This document shows positions 49,740 to 58,877 of a DNA stretch of 64,000 bases, piece after piece (within the stretch, counting starts at the first letter, position 1; every line of letters begins with the position of its first letter). Source of the stretch: a virus. The translations under genes and the position numbers were made by a program. Below the pieces are notes generated by a model. The model ran no database searches and was not told the DNA's origin. It saw only the letters and a list, made by a program, of their open reading frames with translations. Location of the stretch: positions 2,430-66,429 of IMG/VR virus record IMGVR_UViG_3300031951_000126; one strand, written 5' to 3'.

Positions 49740-50203
49740 AGGAGAAGGGAGGCAACAACCAAGGCTTTGGAGATAAAGAACTCCAGAAGATGATGGCTGC
49801 TGTAGGGTGGAAACCCGGTCATGCTTGGTGTGCCTATTTTGTCAGGGCCATTTTGGATGAATGTGGAATACCAAGCAACATAACAGGCTGGTCACCAACG
49901 GCTTACAATAAACAGGATGTTGTCTTCACTGACGGTAAATTTTACAGGTTATTCCAAGATGGCGATGTTCTTGTTGCTACATTTACGTACTCTAACTTTA
50001 AGGGCAAACGATTTAAGGGCATTGGTCATACCGGGATTGTAGACAGGATTGGCGAGCATTCCATAAGGACGATTGAGGGAAACACAAACGAGCAGGGGAT
50101 GCGAGACAGCCGTTCACGAGACGGGGTTTACATCAAGATAAGACCATTATCCAAGAATACACACATAACGAGGTGGAAGAAAGCCACTCGTTTTAGAGGG
50201 TAA
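49616..50203 (+). CDS. CHAP-domain endolysin with N-terminal signal/SAR
   Basis: VGVKE.GGNN.G, AWCAYFV, GHTGIV, TIEGNT. Confidence 0.9.
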   Translation: MGKNKIISTCLLWAFLALPIHIVADNDGYCVRATAASFVGVKEKGGNNQGFGDKELQKMMAAVGWKPGHAWCAYFVRAILDECGIPSNITGWSPTAYNKQDVVFTDGKFYRLFQDGDVLVATFTYSNFKGKRFKGIGHTGIVDRIGEHSIRTIEGNTNEQGMRDSRSRDGVYIKIRPLSKNTHITRWKKATRFRG

Positions 50204-50219
50204 ACATAAAAACAAAATA

Positions 50220-52265
50220 ATGAGTTTAAATTCAGTAAAATTCAAGGACAAGGCGTCCTTTGAGAAAAACAAAAACAAACCGAACGTGGTTGAGGTGCAT
50301 GAGCCATTTGGCATCATCGTGTTCCGTGACGAGCAACCAGTAACTCCAGATCCTGCCAAGGTATCTCAGTCTAACAGCGTGGACGAATCGCTTGACCACA
50401 TCGACACAGGTATGGCGATTGTAATTGCCAAGGACTTTGATCAGGCGCAAAAGTACTTTGCCGCTAGTGGTATCGTTGTGAAGGATTCATTTGAAATGTC
50501 CAAGACATTCTTCGTGGAAACCCCAGCATTCGCCACATTCGATTCATTCTACGGCAGCCTTATGGCTACAGGTCATTTCATTAGCGTGGAGCCTGACTAC
50601 ATCGTGTCTATGACTGCACACGCTGAGTACGAATACTCTGCACACTGGCATCTTCCAAACATGAAGTGTCAAGAGGCATGGGATCAAATCAACACAGACT
50701 TCGTTGGTGACGTGGCCGTACTCGACATTGCTTGCGAGACAAACCACGAGGACTTGGCTGGTATGATTAGCTCTGCTAGTTGGAACTGCGTGACTGACGC
50801 TGCTGACGTTAATCCTATTTCAGAATTCGAAAAGCACGGAACAGCTTGCTCCGGAGTTATCGCAGCCAACACTGGCAACGGTATCGGAGTAAAGGCCATT
50901 GGTAACAACCACTTGAAGGTGCAGTTCCTCCACATCGGGTACGACAGCACTTCGGGAGGTAGCTTCCGAACATCGGACACAATCATTACCCGTGCGGTAA
51001 ACAAGGCTATTGCAAATCCTAATTGTGTTGCCATGTCTATGTCTTGGGGTAGCCTTGGTTCTGGGTATCCAATGTTCAGCAACGCTTTGACAGCGGCACG
51101 TACATCTGCCCGTAACGGAAAGGGTATTCCACTCTTCGCCTCTTCGGGTAATCAGTCTCAGTCAGACTTCATTCAGCTTCCTGCCTCTTACCCATCGGTA
51201 ATGGCTGTTGGTGCAAGCACTCAAAACAATACCCGTGCTTCTTTCAGTAACTACGGCCCTAAGTTATTCGCTGCTGCTCCCGGAGCGGCCTTGTTGACTG
51301 TGGATCGTACAGGAGCTGATGGTTACGGCCCAGATTCATATCGTGGATTTAGCGGTACGTCTGCTTCATGCCCTGCTATGGCTGCTGTTGCTGGTCTTGT
51401 ACTCGTTAAGAACCCTGACCTTACAGAGGTGCAGGTGCGTGATATTCTGAAGAACTCATCTCGCAAGGTGGGTGGATATGCTTACGATGCCACCGGAAGA
51501 TCAGCAGAGCTTGGCTTCGGTGTGATTGACGCTAATACTGCCGTGTCTCTTGCCGCAGGTACAACTCCTCCACCTCCACAGATTGTGTTCAATGCATATG
51601 GAGTAATCAGTTCTGCTGCTAACGCAGAGGCTGGAACTACAACTAGCGTTTCTTACTCTGTACTGGTGGATAAGCCATTGTCAGGAGACTTGCTTGCCCC
51701 TATCGTGATCTCATTTAAGAATCCGAACGGCGCTATCTTGAACTTCTACACCGGAACCGTGACAATACCAAAAGGTCAGACCTCTTTCACGGCTAACATT
51801 CCTTACACAGTGCCTAACAATATCAGCGGAGTTTGTCAGTTTGTATTGACCATTGATCCTAACAATGCGGTCAATGAATCAAACGAGAACGACAACATTG
51901 CTCAGACTGCAATCACCGTGTTTACTCCAACCCCTCCTACACAGAGCCTAGATGCACAGGCTGAGGTTACGGGCTTTGAGTGGCTTGACACAACCCGTGT
52001 ACGTATTCGATACAAGATAACCAACAGAGGAACTGCCCCAATCACTTCATGGAAGGCTGTGGTAGGATTTGATGGTCAGTGGCAAAGCACATGGAACCGT
52101 ACTGAGACAATACTCCCAGGACGTTCAACCACGGGTGGAACCGTGTGGTCATCTAGCGTGCAGGGTACGCTTCCAAACACATGGAGAATCCGTGTGACTG
52201 AGTTGAATGGTTTGCCTGACAGCAATCCGGCTAACAACGAGGCGAGCATCCTTGTGACTCGATAA
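50220..52265 (+). CDS. subtilisin-like S8 serine protease with prodomain and CARDB/Ig domains
   Basis: Catalytic VAVLD, HGTACSG and GTSASCP; oxyanion SSGN; IDPNNAVNESNENDN (CARDB). Confidence 0.92.
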   Translation: MSLNSVKFKDKASFEKNKNKPNVVEVHEPFGIIVFRDEQPVTPDPAKVSQSNSVDESLDHIDTGMAIVIAKDFDQAQKYFAASGIVVKDSFEMSKTFFVETPAFATFDSFYGSLMATGHFISVEPDYIVSMTAHAEYEYSAHWHLPNMKCQEAWDQINTDFVGDVAVLDIACETNHEDLAGMISSASWNCVTDAADVNPISEFEKHGTACSGVIAANTGNGIGVKAIGNNHLKVQFLHIGYDSTSGGSFRTSDTIITRAVNKAIANPNCVAMSMSWGSLGSGYPMFSNALTAARTSARNGKGIPLFASSGNQSQSDFIQLPASYPSVMAVGASTQNNTRASFSNYGPKLFAAAPGAALLTVDRTGADGYGPDSYRGFSGTSASCPAMAAVAGLVLVKNPDLTEVQVRDILKNSSRKVGGYAYDATGRSAELGFGVIDANTAVSLAAGTTPPPPQIVFNAYGVISSAANAEAGTTTSVSYSVLVDKPLSGDLLAPIVISFKNPNGAILNFYTGTVTIPKGQTSFTANIPYTVPNNISGVCQFVLTIDPNNAVNESNENDNIAQTAITVFTPTPPTQSLDAQAEVTGFEWLDTTRVRIRYKITNRGTAPITSWKAVVGFDGQWQSTWNRTETILPGRSTTGGTVWSSSVQGTLPNTWRIRVTELNGLPDSNPANNEASILVTR

Positions 52266-52286
52266 TAAACTCAATGTTTTAAATCA

Positions 52287-52321
52287 AAAAGGGAGACCAC
52301 GCTTGGCCTCCCTTTTCTTTT
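52287..52321. terminator. bidirectional terminator between convergent operons
   Basis: AAAAGGGAGACCA-CGCT-TGGCCTCCCTTTT. Confidence 0.8.
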
Positions 52322-52342
52322 AACAATAAACAATAAACACAA

Positions 52343-52759
52343 CTATAACAACAACAAATACAACGAAACACCAGACAAGGTGATCGTTGTACATTTCCAA
52401 AATATCTTTCTTCTACGCTCCTTTTTCATTTCTGATCTCATGTCGGTGTACTGAATCTTGAGGAAGCGAATCTCAGCGAGTTGGTTTTGTCTTACCTCTT
52501 CGCACAGGTCACCATTCTGTATAGCAAGGTCGAGTGCTACTTGAGCAGCCTCGATTTGGTCTTTCATCATTTGAATACGCTGCGAACGGGACTCGATCGT
52601 CACCTTGTCCTGACGGATGGTCTCGGCAGCAGCAGATATGACCTCCTGAGCCTCCCTAGGAAGCTGTGGGGTACTAGTTGGCTGGGCGTAACTTCCCATT
52701 ACGATACTCATTGAGAAGATAATTCCAAGAGCTAACGTATAAAGTCTTGAGCGAGTCAT
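52343..52759 (-). CDS. spanin-like protein (signal peptide, coiled coil, C-terminal TM)
   Basis: MTRSRLYTLALGIIF...SYA/Q; coiled coil; C-terminal hydrophobic tail. Confidence 0.5.
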   Translation of the reverse strand: MTRSRLYTLALGIIFSMSIVMGSYAQPTSTPQLPREAQEVISAAAETIRQDKVTIESRSQRIQMMKDQIEAAQVALDLAIQNGDLCEEVRQNQLAEIRFLKIQYTDMRSEMKKERRRKIFWKCTTITLSGVSLYLLLL

Positions 52760-53081
52760 TGGGTAGGTGAGGTATTCGTGAAACAATTTTTTGTGATCTC
52801 TCTATGCGTTCCTGTTCAAGCATGAACTGCTGCTGGTCCTGTACCATAAACGAGTCAAGTGCTGCCTTGGTTGCCGTTACTACGAGCAGGTTAGAGTCCA
52901 TCTGTGCTACGTACTTTTCGTTTATTTCGTTTAGGCGTTCAATGGCCACGGCCTCGTTCTCTGAACTATTGTGGAGAATACCCATCCGGAATACCATAAA
53001 GAATACTCCGAATAGGATCACCACGCTCAGCGCAAGAATAATTAAGGTATATATATTTTTGGTCTTGTCCATGTCATTCAA
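52674..53081 (-). CDS. i-spanin-like protein (N-terminal TM + coiled coil)
   Basis: Single N-terminal TM; overlaps the next gene as in Rz/Rz1 pairs. Confidence 0.5.
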   Translation of the reverse strand: MNDMDKTKNIYTLIILALSVVILFGVFFMVFRMGILHNSSENEAVAIERLNEINEKYVAQMDSNLLVVTATKAALDSFMVQDQQQFMLEQERIERSQKIVSRIPHLPNDSLKTLYVSSWNYLLNEYRNGKLRPAN

Positions 53082-53120
53082 AGTTAGCGTAACCTAGGTC
53101 TTCCCAAGTCGGTGGATCAA

Positions 53121-53660
53121 TCATTTTTTTATCTCTTTTACTTTGTCCTTGTATTGATATATCAATTCTTTTATCATGTCAAGCGGTAGGCTGAGCCTTC
53201 CGTTTCTTTGGGCGTGTAGTTCTTCCAGTCTTCCCTTCCCGATCCTCTTCTCAATCCGGATGCCGTATTCGATCAGGTTACCGTGTTTGTGTTGGTTACA
53301 CTCCACGCACTGGCCGTGTACGTTGTCCTCATGGAATCTCAGGTTTGGGTACGAGCCGACACTGAAATAGTGACCGGCATCGTACTTACCCTGTAGCTTC
53401 TTTCCGCAGGATATACACCCCTTCCCTTGGTCACGAAGCCTAATGAATTGGTTAAACACCTGCTGTAGTTCCTTGCGCCATTGTGATACGGATTTGTTCC
53501 GCTCCTTCATGACCTTCAGGTCTCGTTTAACCTTCCTATCTTTCTGCTTGGAGGAATAGGCGAGCATACATTCTATGTTCTCGCACGTTGCCTGCATTGT
53601 GCTGTACTTGGGAATGAATTCCTGTCTACAGATCCGGCACTTCTTATTCCTCACCTTCAT
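53121..53660 (-). CDS. ninG: NinG/Rap Holliday-junction endonuclease
   Basis: CxxC, FNQFIRLRD, CISCG, DAGHY, RFHEDNVHGQCVECN. Confidence 0.92.
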   Translation of the reverse strand: MKVRNKKCRICRQEFIPKYSTMQATCENIECMLAYSSKQKDRKVKRDLKVMKERNKSVSQWRKELQQVFNQFIRLRDQGKGCISCGKKLQGKYDAGHYFSVGSYPNLRFHEDNVHGQCVECNQHKHGNLIEYGIRIEKRIGKGRLEELHAQRNGRLSLPLDMIKELIYQYKDKVKEIKK

Positions 53661-53668
53661 ACGCTATA

Positions 53669-53947
53669 TTATTTTTCGGCAGGTTTCCACACTGCCTGTT
53701 CTTTAGCCAAGTTCGCCTTGACGGTCTCTTTGAGAGTGCCAACCGCAAAGTCCTGCGCCTCGCTGCATCCCTCAAAGTGTTCATAGAATTGTGCTTCATC
53801 GATTTCTACGTCAAAGGTAGTGACTCCGTTCGTTGTACGCAAGACCGTGAACGTCCATTCCTTGTTTTTAACATCAGGAAAAGACATGGTAATTGTGCCG
53901 GCAAAGTACTCGACTTGCTTGGATGGCTTGTTGGATATGTTTATCAT
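53669..53947 (-). CDS. hypothetical protein
   Basis: Operon-coupled ORF. Confidence 0.6.
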   Translation of the reverse strand: MINISNKPSKQVEYFAGTITMSFPDVKNKEWTFTVLRTTNGVTTFDVEIDEAQFYEHFEGCSEAQDFAVGTLKETVKANLAKEQAVWKPAEK

Positions 53948-54159
53948 AGTTTGATGTTGTTTTGTTCAAGTAGTCTGTAAAATTCTTGGTATATCTCATC
54001 GCACAGCTCCCACTTGTCGGCTGGCATCTCCTCGTACTTGACCTTGCGTCGGAGGTATTCCTTCACGTCGTTGAGTGCGTGTGACATCTCCTGAGCCTTG
54101 TTGCATAGGTCGTACTCGGCCTGATCGTCCGGTAGGTTAAATTCGATTGTCGCTTTCAT
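53944..54159 (-). CDS. conserved small phage protein
   Basis: MKATIEFNLPDDQAEY signature. Confidence 0.7.
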   Translation of the reverse strand: MKATIEFNLPDDQAEYDLCNKAQEMSHALNDVKEYLRRKVKYEEMPADKWELCDEIYQEFYRLLEQNNIKL

Positions 54160-54406
54160 AGGAGTAAACGATTTTAGGTGATGTATTTACAATCTCTCTT
54201 TTTGTTTCTGTCCCGTCATACCAACACAGGTTTTCTTGGGCTTCTTCCAAGGTGTCGTATAAAGTCCTCAGGCATTCGTCATCCCAAAGGCTTGCCTCTT
54301 TCCACTTATAGCCGCCAAAGAAACGTTTTTTCTTCTGTTCGATGGTGTAGTATTCTCGGCCATTGGGCAGCGTGGTCTTTATGATTCGGCATTCTTTTTT
54401 ACTCAT
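54137..54406 (-). CDS. hypothetical protein
   Basis: RIIK...YYTIEQKK..F..YKW pattern. Confidence 0.65.
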   Translation of the reverse strand: MSKKECRIIKTTLPNGREYYTIEQKKKRFFGGYKWKEASLWDDECLRTLYDTLEEAQENLCWYDGTETKREIVNTSPKIVYSYESDNRI

Positions 54407-54498
54407 TGCTCACCTCCTTTTTTTATTTGGTTAGACAGGTCTCGCAATGCGAGAGCGATTATCCACAGGGGGATTGATACTATTATTGCGCTTATCAT
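54403..54498 (-). CDS. 31-aa TM micro-protein (not in ORF track)
   Basis: MISAIIVSIPLWIIALALRDLSNQIKKGGEQ*; after promoter 54514, ATGA-coupled to next gene. Confidence 0.6.
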   Translation of the reverse strand: MISAIIVSIPLWIIALALRDLSNQIKKGGEQ

Positions 54499-54587
54499 GG
54501 CTGTTTATTTTTACAAATATAACTCGTGTGTATTGTTAATGCAATTATTTTTTTTGACTTCCGGAGTGTGACCTCCATACATTTGTC

Positions 54588-54692
54588 CTGTTCTCACATT
54601 GCAGTGTCTGGTAGCAGTGCAATGTGGGAAGATGAGAAATCTAATTCTCAACTCAAAACGCCCTCGGACTACCAGACGAGGGCTTTTTTTTT
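54588..54692 (+). ncRNA. three-hairpin small RNA ending in a terminator
   Basis: TACATTTG promoter 54578-54585; 13-bp hairpin 54591-54630; hairpin 54633-54650; terminator 54660-54683 plus T9. Confidence 0.65.
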
Positions 54693-54882
54693 ACCCGTCC
54701 CCCATCCATCCGAATCTGCCTTGTCGGTGCAATAGGCCACACTTCATGCGAGAGTATGTTGGATCAGACACCTGCCCCTATGCGGGGCGGAGATGTTTGT
54801 TTTTCACGGGGGGAGGCTTTTTCTTTTCTTCTCTTTAGGTTTCTTCTTGACTTGTTTCTTTTCTCTGTCTTTTCTTTTGAAA

Positions 54883-55329
54883 TCACCCAATCTCTAGCTG
54901 TTCATTAGGATCGGGTATGTACAAATCAAGTGTCTCAGCAGCGAACTGCTTGACGTGTTCAAGGTAATCCATAAACTCGCCTGTTGCAAGTTCCGACGTT
55001 TTGCGTGGGATTTTCATCAACTCACCGGTATTCGGGTCGGTGAGTTCAGAGTAAAGGAACCGGCCTTTGAGAAACTCATGCGCGAGGTCACGGTCAACGT
55101 CATGGCCAAGCTCCCTGAGCCTTTCCACTATCATCGCTATGACCACGCCCCAGTAGTATGCGTTCTGCACGTCTGACCGGAACCTGCGTTTCAGTTTGAC
55201 TTCGATGGTCACAGCCAAGTCCTTTTCACGGGACATGGCTCTGACTTCCTCATCGAAGAGGGGGCGATTGTAGATTCGCAATGCCCCCTGTGGTGTGATT
55301 ACTCCGTTGTGCTTCATTTTATCCTCCAC
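54883..55329 (-). CDS. NinB/Orf-like recombination protein
   Basis: RSDVQNAYYWGVV, HEFLK, TSELATGEFMDYLE. Confidence 0.75.
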   Translation of the reverse strand: MEDKMKHNGVITPQGALRIYNRPLFDEEVRAMSREKDLAVTIEVKLKRRFRSDVQNAYYWGVVIAMIVERLRELGHDVDRDLAHEFLKGRFLYSELTDPNTGELMKIPRKTSELATGEFMDYLEHVKQFAAETLDLYIPDPNEQLEIG

Positions 55330-55544
55330 GTTCTAACTCCGGTATCGAATACTTTGGTAGAGAACTTGACTCCGTGCTTCTTGGCATAGGCACAGGCTGC
55401 TGCCGACACACGGCCACGTTCATGCTCGGGGAAGGATGACTTCATGAAGAAGCTATCGCCCACTTCCATAGTTGCGAATGGGTACTTGGCACGGGCTGTC
55501 GATCGGGTTGGTGCGGGGTATCCGCTTTCTACTTTGATTTTCAT
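55314..55544 (-). CDS. small putative DNA-binding phage protein
   Basis: KYPFATMEVGDSF...GVRTWR signature. Confidence 0.65.
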   Translation of the reverse strand: MKIKVESGYPAPTRSTARAKYPFATMEVGDSFFMKSSFPEHERGRVSAAACAYAKKHGVKFSTKVFDTGVRTWRIK

Positions 55545-55759
55545 AATTGGTCGATTAGTTGTTGGCGTGAGTTAAATACTTTGTGGGGACGTATCACTAC
55601 GGAGTTGTGGTCTTTTGTTTTAACAAACAGGAATGCGCTTTGACCATCTTCATCAAGAGTTGCGTCTATTCTGTAGATAGTGCCTGCTGTGATTTTGTCG
55701 TTGTGTATGAAGTACACAAAGTCTCCCAAGTTGTGGGTTGTTTCTAATTGGATTGTCAT
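55541..55759 (-). CDS. small SH3-like hypothetical protein
   Basis: ETTHNLGDFVYF...VFNSRQQLI. Confidence 0.6.
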   Translation of the reverse strand: MTIQLETTHNLGDFVYFIHNDKITAGTIYRIDATLDEDGQSAFLFVKTKDHNSVVIRPHKVFNSRQQLIDQL

Positions 55760-56076
55760 TTGGTTGATGTATAAAAATGATTATTGATTACTAAAAAATT
55801 GTACAGGTCAGGCAGTGTCTGACATATCTCGTTCTTGTTCTCATCCCATGCCTTCATGTCCTCCTTGAGTTCGTACAGGTATGCCTTCTCGTACATGAAC
55901 CATGAGAACCAGTCGTATCCTTCCGGAGTCAGGATGACGCTCCACAGGTGTTGAACCACCCAATGCTCGTCATCCATAAACTCGTGCAGGTCGATGTTGA
56001 GTTTGTATACTGCGTCTATGTTGTTGGATGCTGTCTTCATCCTTTCACAACACTTCATGAACATATCTTTTGTCAT
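55756..56076 (-). CDS. hypothetical protein
   Basis: DWFSWFMYE...DLYNFL pattern. Confidence 0.65.
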   Translation of the reverse strand: MTKDMFMKCCERMKTASNNIDAVYKLNIDLHEFMDDEHWVVQHLWSVILTPEGYDWFSWFMYEKAYLYELKEDMKAWDENKNEICQTLPDLYNFLVINNHFYTSTK

Positions 56077-57068
56077 GCTTCGTCCTCCTCTTCGGTTACG
56101 CCAAACTGCTTGGCTTGTTCTACGATTTGATTAAAGTTATATCCGGCTGTTTCGATCTCAGTGCGTACCTCTTCGTTCTTTGCTGTAATCTTATCGCCCT
56201 TGGCATAACGTGCAATGACGCGAGTCCAACGTGCGACCTGAGACTTGACTGAGTCAGCGTAGTCACGGGGTTCTTCGAAGTCGTACAGGAACTTGAGGTA
56301 GTTGGAGTATTCGATGCCGAAGTTCTTCTTGAACTTACCATCCTCAACCATGATGTGGTTCTCAAGTGGCGGGCGTTCTGACTTGTTGAAGTAGTAGGTT
56401 ATCTTCTCAAGGTCTGCTAGGTACTCAGCCTCTAGTTCAGCCGATGGCTCGTACTGGAAGCACATCATTCGTAGGTCGTCCTTGCAGATGTACACGAGTT
56501 CGCCATTGAGACCGAGTCCCTTCATGTAGTGGAAGAGTTGGAGGCGGTGGTGTTTGATAGGCTTCTCAGTCTTCTCCATCATGTCCATGACAAAGGATGA
56601 GCAGGACTTAATCTCTAGGACTTTCTTCTCAAGCTCCTTGTCACCGAACTTCTCATGCAGCTTCTCTGCGATGTACAGGGAGGACGCTTGGATAGATTCC
56701 GGCAGGTGCGATGAGGTGATGTCCTGCTTGGCACGTTCGATGTCAATCTTGCCACCGGCTAGGAAGTCGAGGCGACCCGATACCTTGAGCATATTGGGGT
56801 ACTCGACCATCACACGTTCTTGGGTGTTGTTGATGAGTCCTGCACGTTCGAGAACGTAGCGCACTACCCACTCTACAAGGTTGCCGGCCTCGAACTTGCG
56901 GAGGCTTCTCATGTTGGGTGGGTTGGTTGGTGTAACGGCTTTCATCTTGAGGTAGCGGTCAACCAAAGGCTGTCCGATTTCAGATGCATAGCAGTAGTCG
57001 CGTGGTTCAAGCGCACGCTGTTGGGAATAAACGCATTCATTCCATAGTTGTTGGAGATTCCAATTCAT
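56073..57068 (-). CDS. PD-(D/E)XK (Cas4/RecB-like) exonuclease
   Basis: YASEIG, FEAGN, SGRLD, LEIKS, HRLQLFHYM. Confidence 0.8.
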   Translation of the reverse strand: MNWNLQQLWNECVYSQQRALEPRDYCYASEIGQPLVDRYLKMKAVTPTNPPNMRSLRKFEAGNLVEWVVRYVLERAGLINNTQERVMVEYPNMLKVSGRLDFLAGGKIDIERAKQDITSSHLPESIQASSLYIAEKLHEKFGDKELEKKVLEIKSCSSFVMDMMEKTEKPIKHHRLQLFHYMKGLGLNGELVYICKDDLRMMCFQYEPSAELEAEYLADLEKITYYFNKSERPPLENHIMVEDGKFKKNFGIEYSNYLKFLYDFEEPRDYADSVKSQVARWTRVIARYAKGDKITAKNEEVRTEIETAGYNFNQIVEQAKQFGVTEEEDEA

Positions 57069-57283
57069 GATTGTTGTGTTATTTGATTTGTAAATTGTAA
57101 GTTGTGGTAATCGCAGAACTCCTTGGCCACGTTCTCATTCTCGATGAGCATAAACATCAGCCCATTGGGTTTGAGGTTCATGTTGCGCCAATAGTTCCAT
57201 GCGTCAGGGTATGACCCGAAGGTTTCGATGTTGCCGGTCAGGTTAGGGTTAATCGAGATAACCCAATACGGAGGATTATTCAT
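57065..57283 (-). CDS. hypothetical protein
   Basis: Start reassigned to MNNPPYW. Confidence 0.55.
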   Translation of the reverse strand: MNNPPYWVISINPNLTGNIETFGSYPDAWNYWRNMNLKPNGLMFMLIENENVAKEFCDYHNLQFTNQITQQS

Positions 57284-57467
57284 TGCGTTGGATGTTAAAG
57301 AATATTGTTTTGATTTCATTTGGTATACTCTTGAGCAGTCGCCCGCTCGATTGATAGCTTGATGATACCTTGCCCACATACTTGACGTGCTTGCCTGTGA
57401 TTGCATAAACGTCACGCGAATGTTTGACAACTTCATAGCCATCTTTGGTTTTGTACAGCCGTGTCAT
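57276..57467 (-). CDS. hypothetical protein
   Basis: First gene after promoter 57476. Confidence 0.6.
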   Translation of the reverse strand: MTRLYKTKDGYEVVKHSRDVYAITGKHVKYVGKVSSSYQSSGRLLKSIPNEIKTIFFNIQRNE

Positions 57468-57515
57468 TTAGATTGCAAATATAGTGTAACTTCTAGGTTC
57501 TCAACTAAATTCAAA

Positions 57516-57836
57516 CTAATTAGTGTTAATTAGCGGCTCTGAAAGCACCTGTTCTAGTACTTCTGCGAGGTCTGCCTCTTCCGATCGGGATAGCAGTCTC
57601 CGGAATGAACGAGCATCGACCCACCATATGTTGTCGGTCTTCTCGTCGTTCATATCGCATACAGGACACTTTGTAAATCTCCTGTCAGATTTCAAACCTA
57701 TGTCCACAACGAAGATGCATCCACAGCTATTCCTTTGCAGGGCAATAGCCGTGAACACATCCCCCTTGAAGAACACACCCTGAGAGTGGTCTCTGATGGC
57801 GATGATGTCGTCGCCTGTTCGATAGTCTAATATCAT
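57516..57836 (-). CDS. hypothetical protein with Cys motifs
   Basis: CGC and CPVC motifs. Confidence 0.6.
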   Translation of the reverse strand: MILDYRTGDDIIAIRDHSQGVFFKGDVFTAIALQRNSCGCIFVVDIGLKSDRRFTKCPVCDMNDEKTDNIWWVDARSFRRLLSRSEEADLAEVLEQVLSEPLINTN

Positions 57837-57884
57837 TTGTCAATATCTTTAAGAAGCCACATCATTAGAGTGAACACGATGGAA

Positions 57885-58256
57885 TCAACGATTCGTCTCA
57901 TCTTGTACAATCTTTAGGATTTTGGAATGAACCTGCTCGAACTCCGCGTAGAACTCCTGCATGGTGATGTACTCGAAGTTTTCGTAGTTGGACTTGACTC
58001 TATCAATCTCGCTGTACACGTCCTCAACATAGGTCTCGATTTCGTCAATGTCTATCGTTCTGAGTCCTCCGATATTCCATATCTTGATGTCGTATCCTGA
58101 GGTAGTAATCATGCCGTAGAAGTGTCTCCTGTTCCATTTCATTTGGTACTTGAAATAGATTGGCTCTTCAATGCGAGGCTTGGTGTCCTCGGTGTAGTGT
58201 CCATCGTCATCGGGATTGGACAACTTCCATTCGTCGTAGTTGTGGTAGTATGTCAT
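57885..58256 (-). CDS. early hypothetical protein
   Basis: YDEWKLSNP N-terminal signature. Confidence 0.65.
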   Translation of the reverse strand: MTYYHNYDEWKLSNPDDDGHYTEDTKPRIEEPIYFKYQMKWNRRHFYGMITTSGYDIKIWNIGGLRTIDIDEIETYVEDVYSEIDRVKSNYENFEYITMQEFYAEFEQVHSKILKIVQDETNR

Positions 58257-58627
58257 AGCGTTTGAGTTGCTTGGTTAATTGAATTTGCGATGTCTTCTAT
58301 GATGTAGTCACCTGAAAGGATTGTATCAAGGATGGCGTATGCATCGTCATCGTTCATATCCTTCAAGCCCTTCACGTCATCGACGTGCCACAGGTTGTCA
58401 ACGTAGTAGCCGGCATCCTTGAGGATGGCCTTGGCTTGGTTGACTGAGGTCTCTAGCTGATTGAGGATAGTGGTATAGATGTACACCTTCTCCTTCTCTA
58501 CTGCGATGCAGTCCTCGATGATTTGGTCGTGACCGATCGTTCTCAGTTGTTCTTCATAGTTCATCACGGCTTTCCATGAAAGCATGATTTGGTTTTGCAC
58601 GTGTGCAATTGATTTATTGTTGCTCAT
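58253..58627 (-). CDS. early hypothetical protein
   Basis: GYYVDNLWHVDDV motif. Confidence 0.65.
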   Translation of the reverse strand: MSNNKSIAHVQNQIMLSWKAVMNYEEQLRTIGHDQIIEDCIAVEKEKVYIYTTILNQLETSVNQAKAILKDAGYYVDNLWHVDDVKGLKDMNDDDAYAILDTILSGDYIIEDIANSINQATQTL

Positions 58628-58628
58628 A

Positions 58629-58877
58629 TTACTTAGTTATTTCGATGTCTAGTTGATACTCTTCGATTGCTGTGTCAGCGTCCTCTTCTACCTCGAACCT
58701 ATCCATGTAGGAGAAGAAGTCAAGGAAGTCCTCGAATTGGTCGTAGGCATAAGCGCTGACGATGCCGTCCTCGTTATCCTCCTCCACCCGAAGCGTAATC
58801 TTCGAGTGGGGGGTGTCTTTTGCTGTCCGCTTCACGAACGTAGCGAAGCTAGAGTTGTGGTAGTTTGAATCAAGCAT
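58629..58877 (-). CDS. early acidic hypothetical protein
   Basis: Very D/E-rich 82-aa ORF. Confidence 0.6.
   Translation of the reverse strand: MLDSNYHNSSFATFVKRTAKDTPHSKITLRVEEDNEDGIVSAYAYDQFEDFLDFFSYMDRFEVEEDADTAIEEYQLDIEITK

Noticed and set aside
11754-52265. Numerous short antisense or out-of-frame ORFs within structural genes
   Set aside because: They overlap long motif-bearing genes and have no independent signals.
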